IMG/VR virus record: IMGVR_UViG_2758568661_000004
Length of the DNA: 64,000 nucleotides
Reading direction: 5' to 3' (one strand)
Source: a virus
Lineage: Duplodnaviria; Heunggongvirae; Uroviricota; Caudoviricetes
The notes under the pieces are model-generated. The model searched no databases and had not been told where the DNA came from. It saw nothing but the letters and a program-made list of their open reading frames with translations. Position 1 is the first letter of the stretch, and the number at the start of each line of letters is the position of its first letter. Below, piece by piece: positions 56,570 through 63,751 of the stretch. The translations under genes were made by a program, and so were the position numbers.

Positions 56570-57319
56570 TTACACGCCGGCGGCTTTCCTGACCGCTGCG
56601 AGAACCTGCTCCGGTGTGCGACCCCGGTCGGCGAGGGCGCGGCGGATCTCCTTCAACACCTTCCGGTCGCGCTTCGTCTTCGCTTCGAACGCTTCCAACC
56701 AGTCACCGTCGACAACAACGTCGTCGGGGCCGTAGAAGGTGGGGCTGGCTCCAGGCTGCAGGTATCCGAGGTACGTGTCGGGACGGTCGTCATGCTCGGC
56801 AAGCCAGGTCTTCCGCGCTTCGGAGTCTGCACGGACACGCTCCAAATGTGCGGCATGCTCCGCGTCATCACGGACACGGTTCCGTTCAAGCTCACGCTGC
56901 TGCTCATCCAGAAGGGAGGCGGCGTTCATGATCAGGCCGGACAGTTGCGGGGAGGCGACCAAGGTCGCGCGAAGCGCAGCAGAAACCGGGTTGACCTGCT
57001 CTGTCGTGGGTCGCGGTCGGCGTCCCGGGAACAGCCGGTCGAACCGTGCCATTGACTCCACGGACACGATCACGTTCACGCACCGGTTGATGAGGTTCTC
57101 AGCGTCCGGGTGGGCGGCGGCGTAGTCATTCAGCTCTTCGACGAACCCTTCAACGACTGGTGATGACGGTCGTTCCGGGTTGATGTACGCCTGCAGTTCC
57201 CACACTTCCTGCTGCTTCGAGTGGAGCATCTTCGCGGCAGCGGCAAGGAGCTCACCGGCGACGACGTCGGGGGTCTCGGCGAGGCTGCGGAGGTCACGTT
57301 CAAGCTTGTCGGTTGTCAT
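56570..57319 (-). CDS. hypothetical protein
   Basis: ORF track (..57364) trimmed to MTTDKLERDL, which gives ATGA overlap with upstream gene. Confidence 0.55.
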   Translation of the reverse strand: MTTDKLERDLRSLAETPDVVAGELLAAAAKMLHSKQQEVWELQAYINPERPSSPVVEGFVEELNDYAAAHPDAENLINRCVNVIVSVESMARFDRLFPGRRPRPTTEQVNPVSAALRATLVASPQLSGLIMNAASLLDEQQRELERNRVRDDAEHAAHLERVRADSEARKTWLAEHDDRPDTYLGYLQPGASPTFYGPDDVVVDGDWLEAFEAKTKRDRKVLKEIRRALADRGRTPEQVLAAVRKAAGV

Positions 57320-57921
57320 GGTAGTTGCCTGTCTGTGGTGGTGTCGGTTTCTGCGACCGGCCACGGGGTTGATTCGGAAGGCCAGACGGTTCCTGTGTCG
57401 GCGTGCCAGGTGTTCTCGGCACGCACCTTCTGGATGTGGTCAGCGGCGAACCTGGTGAGAGCCGGCCGGAGGTACCGGGTGAAGGGGATGGTTTTGCTGA
57501 GCTCCCCGAGAATCATGAACAGGATGACGGGGACGCCGATGAGGGCGATGAACTTGGAGGCGTCGTCGGTCAACGCGTAGAGGCGTGGTGAGTTGAGCAG
57601 ACCGGAATGGAGGATGACCGCGTCAGCGACCAGGCCGACGGTGACGCCGATGGTCCGGCCGAGGATCCGGTCGGTTGCCACCATCTTCTGGGTGACCTCG
57701 TTCACGTCCGCGGTCTCGATGTTGGCGCCGAGGGTGGTGAGGAACGGTTTCCGGTCGGGGAAGGTGAGGAGGACGGTGGGGTTGTCCTGCCAGCCGGGGT
57801 CGGTTTCGTCGTCTTCGCTCTGCGGCCCGACTTTCGCTCCGGTGATGGCGTGGACGTCACCGTCCAGACGGACGAAACGGCCGACGATGCGGTCAGGGTC
57901 GGTGATGGTGATCATGCCCAT
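57316..57921 (-). CDS. membrane protein
   Basis: ORF track; central TM helices; GAGGAG SD. Confidence 0.55.
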   Translation of the reverse strand: MGMITITDPDRIVGRFVRLDGDVHAITGAKVGPQSEDDETDPGWQDNPTVLLTFPDRKPFLTTLGANIETADVNEVTQKMVATDRILGRTIGVTVGLVADAVILHSGLLNSPRLYALTDDASKFIALIGVPVILFMILGELSKTIPFTRYLRPALTRFAADHIQKVRAENTWHADTGTVWPSESTPWPVAETDTTTDRQLP

Positions 57922-57968
57922 CGGGGTGGTGCTCCTCGGTTGCTGTGGTTACTGGGTTGCCATGCGCA

Positions 57969-58113
57969 GGTTCACCCGAACGCAGGCTGGGCTGCGGCGC
58001 ACGAACGGCAGAAGACGATGAAGTTGTACGGGTTGTCGGCGACCTGTCTTGCTTCTGCTGCGGTGAGTTTCCGGAGGACGGTGCCGCAGTCCTGGCAGTC
58101 GAGGGTGGGTTCG
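57969..58113 (-). CDS. zinc-ribbon mini-protein (~48 aa, below ORF-track cutoff)
   Basis: MSFHEPTLDCQDCGTVLRKLTAAEARQVADNPYNFIVFCRSCAAAQPAFG; ATGA overlap with 58121..58339 stop; class-I motif right after its stop. Confidence 0.35.
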
Positions 58114-58120
58114 TGGAAGC

Positions 58121-58339
58121 TCATCCGTTGTGTTCCGGCTTGTGGATGAGGGTGAGGCCTTCGGGATACTGGCGGGACAGTTCGTAGCTGTCCCAGAGGG
58201 CTTCCTCGCCCGGCTCAGCCCAGTATTTGACTCCGCTGGGTGTTCCGATGCATTGGAACGCGATGCCGCTGTCGGTGAGGACGACTGCTTTCTCAGGCAG
58301 TTTGCTGAGGTAGATCGATGAGGTGAATTTCTGAGCCAT
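58121..58339 (-). CDS. hypothetical small protein
   Basis: ORF track. Confidence 0.5.
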   Translation of the reverse strand: MAQKFTSSIYLSKLPEKAVVLTDSGIAFQCIGTPSGVKYWAEPGEEALWDSYELSRQYPEGLTLIHKPEHNG

Positions 58340-58342
58340 AGG

Positions 58343-58600
58343 TCAGGCCTCCGGAAGCCAGATGATGGTGAACGTGGGTGTGCGGCCGCCGAAGGAGCGG
58401 GAGCGGATGAGGTTGGCGGCGTCCTGCGTGTGGCCGGTGCCGACCTGCATGAACTTGACGTCCCCGCGCTGGTCCATGCCCAGCTGGATGGCGGCGCCCA
58501 TGTTGTCGCGGAGGATGGTGCCGACAGGGATGCGGGCAAGGTCGATGGCGTCGGTGAGGACTTCTCCGACGTTGTGGGTGGCCTGCAAGGTTGTGCTCAT
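58343..58600 (-). CDS. hypothetical protein (first gene downstream of the regulatory hub)
   Basis: ORF track (..58630) trimmed to MSTTLQATHNVGEV; minicistron ATGACCACCATATGA ends ATGA on start. Confidence 0.5.
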   Translation of the reverse strand: MSTTLQATHNVGEVLTDAIDLARIPVGTILRDNMGAAIQLGMDQRGDVKFMQVGTGHTQDAANLIRSRSFGGRTPTFTIIWLPEA

Positions 58601-58758
58601 ATGGTGGTCATGCGCAGGGTTGACGCCCATCCAACCGGATTACATCGTTACACCTTGATTACCGCTTCGCTGTAACAGGCTTTTTCCCGGTCAGCGCTTT
58701 GTTTTTAGGCTCGTTACATCCGTTACACTTCATAGGTGCATGTATATGGGAGGAAGAT

Positions 58759-58794
58759 GACATGTTTCGACGCCGGCCTGGGCGCAAACATGTC
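58759..58794 (+). terminator. plus-strand hairpin (GACATGTTTCG...CGCAAACATGTC) followed by TCTTTTCTCTT
   Basis: Sits inside a 17-codon mini-ORF preceded by GGGAGGAAG SD at 58748. Confidence 0.45.
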
Positions 58795-58957
58795 TCTTTT
58801 CTCTTAACGTAAGTAATAATGAATTGTAATCTTGTAATATATAGATAGAAGGGTGTCTCGCCCTACTCCCGTCTGGGATCCACCGTTACGCAGGTGGTGT
58901 AACGAGATGCAATCGGAGTAATCCGGGGCGACTCGTCGCGCGTTTCGGCGCTCATCT

Positions 58958-59061
58958 GTCAACCCTGGTTGACAAGACTGATTCTGAGGCCATCTGGGCG
59001 TCAACCGTGGTTGACACACGAAGTCAACGCGGGTTGACGTTTCCTGTCAACGTAGGTTGAC
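58958..59061. repeat. array of four 16-bp palindromes GTCAAC-N4-GTTGAC (operator, iteron or centromere-like)
   Basis: Copies at 58958-58973, 59000-59015, 59023-59038, 59046-59061 (spacing 42, 23, 23 bp); extra half-sites at 58620 and 59067. Confidence 0.7.
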
Positions 59062-59102
59062 GAATGCTTGACCGTTATCCCGGCCGCATCCCGGAAACAG
59101 CG

Positions 59103-59128
59103 AAAGCCGCCCACAGTCGGACGGCTTC
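59103..59128 (-). terminator. hairpin terminator after 59150..59410 gene
   Basis: AAGCCGTCC-GACTGTG-GGCGGCTT followed by TCGCTGTTTCC on minus strand, 25 nt after stop. Confidence 0.5.
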
Positions 59129-59149
59129 ACACTACGGATCGTCGGCAGC

Positions 59150-59410
59150 TCAGCTCGACTTCCACTCCCGGAACACCCGCGCCAGCGACTTCCCGCCAAG
59201 CCAGTCGAGACGACCGATCTGGGCATTCATCACCTTCGTGTCGGCGTACACCGCACACTCCTCAAGGACATCATCACGGAGCGCATACCCGGCGTCGACG
59301 AGTGCACGGGCAACCACCAGCTCCGGGGTCTCCCGGTGGGCGGCGTTGGACAGCTGCGCGTCACGGACGATCTTCGCGATTACCTGGGTCTGGTCCTGCG
59401 TGGTGGTCAT
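59150..59410 (-). CDS. hypothetical protein
   Basis: ORF track (..59443) trimmed to ATG behind AAGGAAGG (MTTTQDQTQVIAKIV). Confidence 0.5.
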   Translation of the reverse strand: MTTTQDQTQVIAKIVRDAQLSNAAHRETPELVVARALVDAGYALRDDVLEECAVYADTKVMNAQIGRLDWLGGKSLARVFREWKSS

Positions 59411-59451
59411 GGGTGAGCCTTCCTTCGTTGTCACATGGTTCATGCGCAGAG

Positions 59452-59775
59452 TCAGTTGAAGACCATCACACGTTTACAGGAACCGCACAACCGGTAGTTG
59501 GGGTCGGTACGTCGTCCGCAGTTCGGGCAGGTCACCCTCTGAGGGAGGTTGCGGATGACCGCCCAGATGATCAGACCGACAACTCCGATGACAGCGACCG
59601 GGATGAGGATCCAGAGGAACTGGCCGACAGCACCCCAGAAGTCACCGTGCTCCCACTCCTTGGCGACAGCTTCCCACCAAGCCTGGAACGCCAGCATCAC
59701 CCCGAAAAACGCGGCGATGCCGATCAACGCCACCCCGGAACAACCGATCCCAGACTTCTTCGTGCTCGTAGCCAC
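59452..59775 (-). CDS. membrane protein with C-terminal zinc ribbon
   Basis: ORF track; two TM helices; CPNCGRRTDPNYRLCGSC; GTTGAC half-site 10 nt upstream of start. Confidence 0.55.
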   Translation of the reverse strand: MATSTKKSGIGCSGVALIGIAAFFGVMLAFQAWWEAVAKEWEHGDFWGAVGQFLWILIPVAVIGVVGLIIWAVIRNLPQRVTCPNCGRRTDPNYRLCGSCKRVMVFN

Positions 59776-59887
59776 ACCACTCCTCTGCCGTTGACAACAG
59801 AGGCCATTCTCACGGACCGTGTGGCGTCACGGGAAAACCGGCACACCACCCGATCAGGTGGGGCGAGGACGCGGCTCCTGGCGCACG

Positions 59888-60274
59888 TCAGCGCATGAAC
59901 TGCGCCACCACGACCATGGCCGGGTTGTCCGTCACTTCAATGGCGGAAACGTCGGGATGGGTATTGAAGTAGTCCTCTGCCCACGCGATCGCCTCCTCGC
60001 GGTCGAAGAAGCTCCCGTTGTACCGGTTCGGGTTCGGACCGCTCTTCGGGTTCCACGAATAGCCGCCGACGGGGATCCACGAGACGTTGAATGAGCCGAC
60101 CGGACGGGAAGGGTCAAGGGCTGCAAGCAGCTTGTCAACTTCGGCGACCAGCGCTGGGGCCTCCTCGCCTCGTTCCGCTGAATACCTCTCACGGGCATCG
60201 AACAGAGCTCCACTGATTGCGGCGGCATTCCTCGGGCTGATCGTCGAAAAATCGACAGTGGACTCTGCGCTCAT
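59888..60274 (-). CDS. hypothetical protein
   Basis: ORF track; C-terminus overlaps an inverted partial motif palindrome GCGCATGAACTGCGC. Confidence 0.55.
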   Translation of the reverse strand: MSAESTVDFSTISPRNAAAISGALFDARERYSAERGEEAPALVAEVDKLLAALDPSRPVGSFNVSWIPVGGYSWNPKSGPNPNRYNGSFFDREEAIAWAEDYFNTHPDVSAIEVTDNPAMVVVAQFMR

Positions 60275-60345
60275 GAAGGCTCCTTCGTGGTGCTCTGTCT
60301 GTGAATTTGTCTGTGGTTTCGCATCGTACCCATACTGCCGGGCAC

Positions 60346-60957
60346 TCAGAACTGTGAGATGAACGCGTCGATGCGCGCCACGTCGTCCATGGTCACACCA
60401 ACCGTCGGCAGTGGCTCAATCATCATGTGCGGGACGTCGAAGATGGTGTCCTCATGGAAGTTCGACCATGTACGGCCGATAGCGATCTCCTGGTCGTCAA
60501 TCCAGATCCACGGCTGTTGGGTGTCCTGGATGCGCCAGCGGAGGCCTTCACGTTTCCATTCGGCTGGGACGGCACCACGGACGCGGGACGGCATCTTTCG
60601 GAGGACGAATCCACCGGCCATCTTCCCGTCGAACGCTTGCTCGACGAGGGCGCGGGCGCCGGGACCCCATGTGGTCAACCAGCCGAGCTCAACACGACCG
60701 CTGCGAACGAAGCCGTCGAGGGCGTCGATGATGTCCGGGTTGAAATCCACCCAATACTTCTGGCCATGCTGCAACCTGACCCGACGGCGGACGTTCCCGT
60801 CAGCAACCGGAGGGATCACGCTGTCCAGCGTGAGACCGCCGGCACGGTTCCTCTCCCACTGCTCGAAGTCGATGATGTTCAAGCAGTCATCGATGTCCTG
60901 GGCGAGCAACGGCTTCGAGCCGTCGAACGCGTCAGGTGGGAGCAAGGTTTCCATGCT
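60346..60957 (-). CDS. hypothetical protein
   Basis: ORF track (..61437) trimmed to METLLPPDAFDG; class-I motif 60963-60973 (CTGCGCATGATGTGAGCATGG, near-identical to the 8715 junction). Confidence 0.55.
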   Translation of the reverse strand, partial: SMETLLPPDAFDGSKPLLAQDIDDCLNIIDFEQWERNRAGGLTLDSVIPPVADGNVRRRVRLQHGQKYWVDFNPDIIDALDGFVRSGRVELGWLTTWGPGARALVEQAFDGKMAGGFVLRKMPSRVRGAVPAEWKREGLRWRIQDTQQPWIWIDDQEIAIGRTWSNFHEDTIFDVPHMMIEPLPTVGVTMDDVARIDAFISQF

Positions 60958-60974
60958 CACATCATGCGCAGAGT

Positions 60975-61577
60975 TCACGCCATTCCGCGTGCAGTTTGGG
61001 CGATGCCGACAAACAAATACAGGACACCCAGCACCAACCCGACGATCGGCATCCACCGACCCTTCTGCCCGGGCGTGAACTTCGACAGCCCAATCCCGGA
61101 GAACACGATAGCGCTGAGCGTCACAGGCACCCCGATGATCAGCGGGATGAACGCGAAGATGGACACGATGCCGAGGATGAACCCGGTGGTGGCGAACCCG
61201 TTCGACGTGGTCTGCGTGGTCTTGATCGCAGGCGGTCCAGGTGACGGCCGCTGCGACCCTGTGTAGCCGTTTGCCGGTGCTAGCCGTGCCGGTGACGGTG
61301 ATGTGCTCGGCGGCTGCTTCTTGGTGAGTGCCGTCGAGGCGGTCGACTGCTGCCTGCCCTCTGATGCCGTCATCGGCAGCGGATGCGGTTTTGGCAGGTT
61401 CTGCGCAACTGCGGTTGGCGTGTTCTCCGTCACCCATTGCTGATACCGGCGATGCAGCGCCGCAGGATCCGCCGCCAACGCATTCGCGAAGTCGTCGGTG
61501 GCGCTGACATCAATCCGTTTCCTACCCTCCGGGGTGGCGAAGTGAAACGACCATTGCGCAAAGTCGAGCTCAGCCAA
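60975..61577 (-). CDS. membrane protein with Pro/Ser-rich linker
   Basis: ORF track; C-terminal TM helices. Confidence 0.55.
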   Translation of the reverse strand: MAELDFAQWSFHFATPEGRKRIDVSATDDFANALAADPAALHRRYQQWVTENTPTAVAQNLPKPHPLPMTASEGRQQSTASTALTKKQPPSTSPSPARLAPANGYTGSQRPSPGPPAIKTTQTTSNGFATTGFILGIVSIFAFIPLIIGVPVTLSAIVFSGIGLSKFTPGQKGRWMPIVGLVLGVLYLFVGIAQTARGMA

Positions 61578-61634
61578 CCTGTCCTCCTGACGGTCCTGAT
61601 GCGTTGAGTGTACCGACGCGGGTCACTAGGCGAT

Positions 61635-62489
61635 TCAGCCAGCTGCGGCTGCCTCGAATGTGAACGCACCGGTCTTGTCAGTGATGGTCACCGTGACATT
61701 CGCGGTGCTGCTGTCTGACCCTGTAGCCACACAGGTGTACACAGCACCGGCAGTGAAACCGATGTGTTCCGGGCAGGTGACGTCGGTGACGGTGACCGTT
61801 GAACCGGCAGCGACCAGCTGGGCGGTGTACTCAGTTGAGATTTGAGATTCCACGTTCTCCGACTGGGCTGTCTCGAGGACACTGCTGTCTCCGGTGACCC
61901 CGCCGGCGAGCCCGAGAGTGAACCCGAGGATGAACGGGATGAGTGCGAGTGCGGCGACGATGATGGAGATGATCCCGAGGGCTTTACCTCCGCGATGGCG
62001 TCGTTTCAAGCCGATGGACCCGAGGATAATGGCGGTGACAGCACCGATGGCGGGGATGGGTGCGTCACCGGACATGATGGCGCCGAGCAACGCGACGCCG
62101 GCGAGGATGGCTGAGCTGATGATCAGGCTGCCGCGCTTCCGCTGGCGTTCTTCCTTCCATGGCGAGCTGACCGGGGCGTTCACCGCTGCGTTGACCTGTG
62201 CAGGAGTCCACCCCTGCGTGGGCTGATGCTGCGGGGCAGGCGGGATAGCGGTGCCACCAGGCTGCTGAGGGGCACTGAACGCCGGTGCTGCTGAAGGTGC
62301 AACCAGAACCGGTTGGGCGTACGCCTGCTGCTGTGGGGCGTACTGCACGGCAGGTGTCACCGGAGGTGCTGTGATCGACACAGCCTCACGGGTGTGCGTC
62401 GACCATGATCCGTCCCACCAGCGGAGCATGTCCGGTCCAGTCGGGTCAGCTTCCGGGTCGGGGTACCAGCCGGGCTTCGGTGCGTTCAA
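61635..62489 (-). CDS. DUF2510-like membrane protein
   Basis: ORF track; N-terminal GWYPDPEADPTGPDMLRWWDGSWS; Pro-rich linker, central TM; TTG start behind GAAGGAG. Confidence 0.6.
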   Translation of the reverse strand: MNAPKPGWYPDPEADPTGPDMLRWWDGSWSTHTREAVSITAPPVTPAVQYAPQQQAYAQPVLVAPSAAPAFSAPQQPGGTAIPPAPQHQPTQGWTPAQVNAAVNAPVSSPWKEERQRKRGSLIISSAILAGVALLGAIMSGDAPIPAIGAVTAIILGSIGLKRRHRGGKALGIISIIVAALALIPFILGFTLGLAGGVTGDSSVLETAQSENVESQISTEYTAQLVAAGSTVTVTDVTCPEHIGFTAGAVYTCVATGSDSSTANVTVTITDKTGAFTFEAAAAG

Positions 62490-62607
62490 CAGTGGGCTCC
62501 TTCAAGGGTGGTTCGCCCATGCGGGGCGGTGACGCCGGACGGGCGCGAACACCACGGTAGGGGGTCCGTGAACGTGCCGGAGAAAACGCCACAGTGTTCG
62601 GCTGTTC

Positions 62608-62628
62608 CTGCGCATGGGAGATGCGCAG
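62608..62628. promoter_or_regulatory. head-to-head junction-motif palindrome CTGCGCAT-N5-ATGCGCAG in the divergent intergenic region
   Basis: Perfect 8-bp arms; only place where both motif orientations meet; lies between the minus-strand 61635..62489 and plus-strand 62718..63452 genes. Confidence 0.6.
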
Positions 62629-62717
62629 CCCTGCACTCGGTGCGGCGCGCCTCGAATTTTGGAGACCCCTTCATGAACACACCCACCGCTGCCGTACGGA
62701 CAGAGAGCGAGTAGCCG

Positions 62718-63452
62718 ATGTACAAGACTTCTGATGCCGGGCAGGTCCTCTGGGGGATCTTCGGACCGGTCATCACTGTGATCGTGATCGTTGCCATCGT
62801 GGCTGCTGTCGGGTGGGCTGGCCTCAGGTACGCCCGCCTGCGGCTGGCGAAACTGTTGGAGGAGAAGGCTGAGCTTCGGAAGATCGCTGAGCGTGCTGAG
62901 CGTTCAGCTGCTGCCCGTGCAGCGAAAGCCTCTCACGAGCTCGCCACGTTCAAATCCGGCACCCGAAGGGTCGGGTCCGACTGGGGCGGGAACCGTGCCC
63001 CTTGGAACGCTCCGTCGTCGTTGTCGTTCCGTGACCGTTCGGAGAAGCCTGCCTGGGCGACCGGTGTTCAGTCTGCTGTGGCCGCGTTCCCAGACGCGGT
63101 TGCACCCGCTGACGGTGCCGGTTTCAAGGATCTCTTCGAGGTCGCGAAGTCAACACCGGAGAGCGGCTACCTGATGTCGAAGCTTCGCGCCGCCTCGAAC
63201 GGCGCCACCGCGTCGTCCATGTTCGGTGCGCCGGACAACGTCTCGGCCGCGACGCTCCTGATCGCGGACTCGTTGGGTATCGACACCAGCAAGGTGGACG
63301 GTCTGATCCGGCAGATTGAGCAGCTTGCCGGGCAGGGGCATGTGACAGGGCAGCTGGAAATCCCGACCGATTCCGGCCTCAAGCGCCGGTACACCGTCGG
63401 CGAGCTTGCCTCGTTGATCCGTGCTGCGCAGAAGACCGCAGGCGAAGACTGA
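62718..63452 (+). CDS. membrane-anchored hypothetical protein
   Basis: ORF track; N-terminal TM; followed by terminator hairpin. Confidence 0.6.
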   Translation: MYKTSDAGQVLWGIFGPVITVIVIVAIVAAVGWAGLRYARLRLAKLLEEKAELRKIAERAERSAAARAAKASHELATFKSGTRRVGSDWGGNRAPWNAPSSLSFRDRSEKPAWATGVQSAVAAFPDAVAPADGAGFKDLFEVAKSTPESGYLMSKLRAASNGATASSMFGAPDNVSAATLLIADSLGIDTSKVDGLIRQIEQLAGQGHVTGQLEIPTDSGLKRRYTVGELASLIRAAQKTAGED

Positions 63453-63516
63453 CCGCGGTGCTGGTCGGTGCCGCACACATAGTTTCTGTGCCACCAACCG
63501 GTGCCATAACCGATAC

Positions 63517-63555
63517 GGGGCCGTGACGTCGATGAAGACGTCCGGCCCCTTTCTC
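63517..63555 (+). terminator. intrinsic terminator (GGGGCCGTGACGTC...GACGTCCGGCCCC + TTTCTC)
   Basis: ~65 nt after the stop of 62718..63452. Confidence 0.55.
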
Positions 63556-63713
63556 ATGCCCTGCCTGTCAGAGACCGCAGATGATCTCGCCGATGCCACC
63601 GGGCCGGGAACTCACCCGTGAAGACGCCGAACCGCACGCTCAGCCTGGCAATCCTGCGCATGGACACGGTGAGGCAATCCCGCCTCGCGATTAGGGTTTT
63701 CACAAACCTGGGG

Positions 63714-63740
63714 AAGCCCCGCTTCGGCGGGGCTTTTCTG
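63714..63740 (+). terminator. hairpin AAGCCCCGC-TTCG-GCGGGGCTT followed by TTCTGGTT
   Basis: 9-bp stem with TTCG tetraloop; preceded at 63652-63663 by a plus-orientation class-I motif copy. Confidence 0.5.
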
Positions 63741-63751
63741 GTTCCATCGCC

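Noticed and set aside
21343-58630. Calling the small-gene array a prophage
   Set aside because: No terminase, portal, capsid, tail, holin or integrase genes and no attachment-site repeats were recognisable. The phage-like features (small genes, methylase, SprT, HTH) are equally typical of plasmids and ICEs, so I leave the element type open.
58958-59061. Possible CRISPR array (four repeated 16-mers)
   Set aside because: The repeats are palindromic operator-like sites with 7-26-bp non-uniform gaps, only four copies, no spacer-like unique inserts of 30-40 bp and no cas genes. I call it an operator or iteron array instead.
294-62630. Junction motif as a restriction site, Chi-like site or DNA-uptake sequence
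   Set aside because: Those classes are orientation-independent and not locked to stop/start codons. Here every copy follows the gene orientation and sits in a fixed register to start codons.
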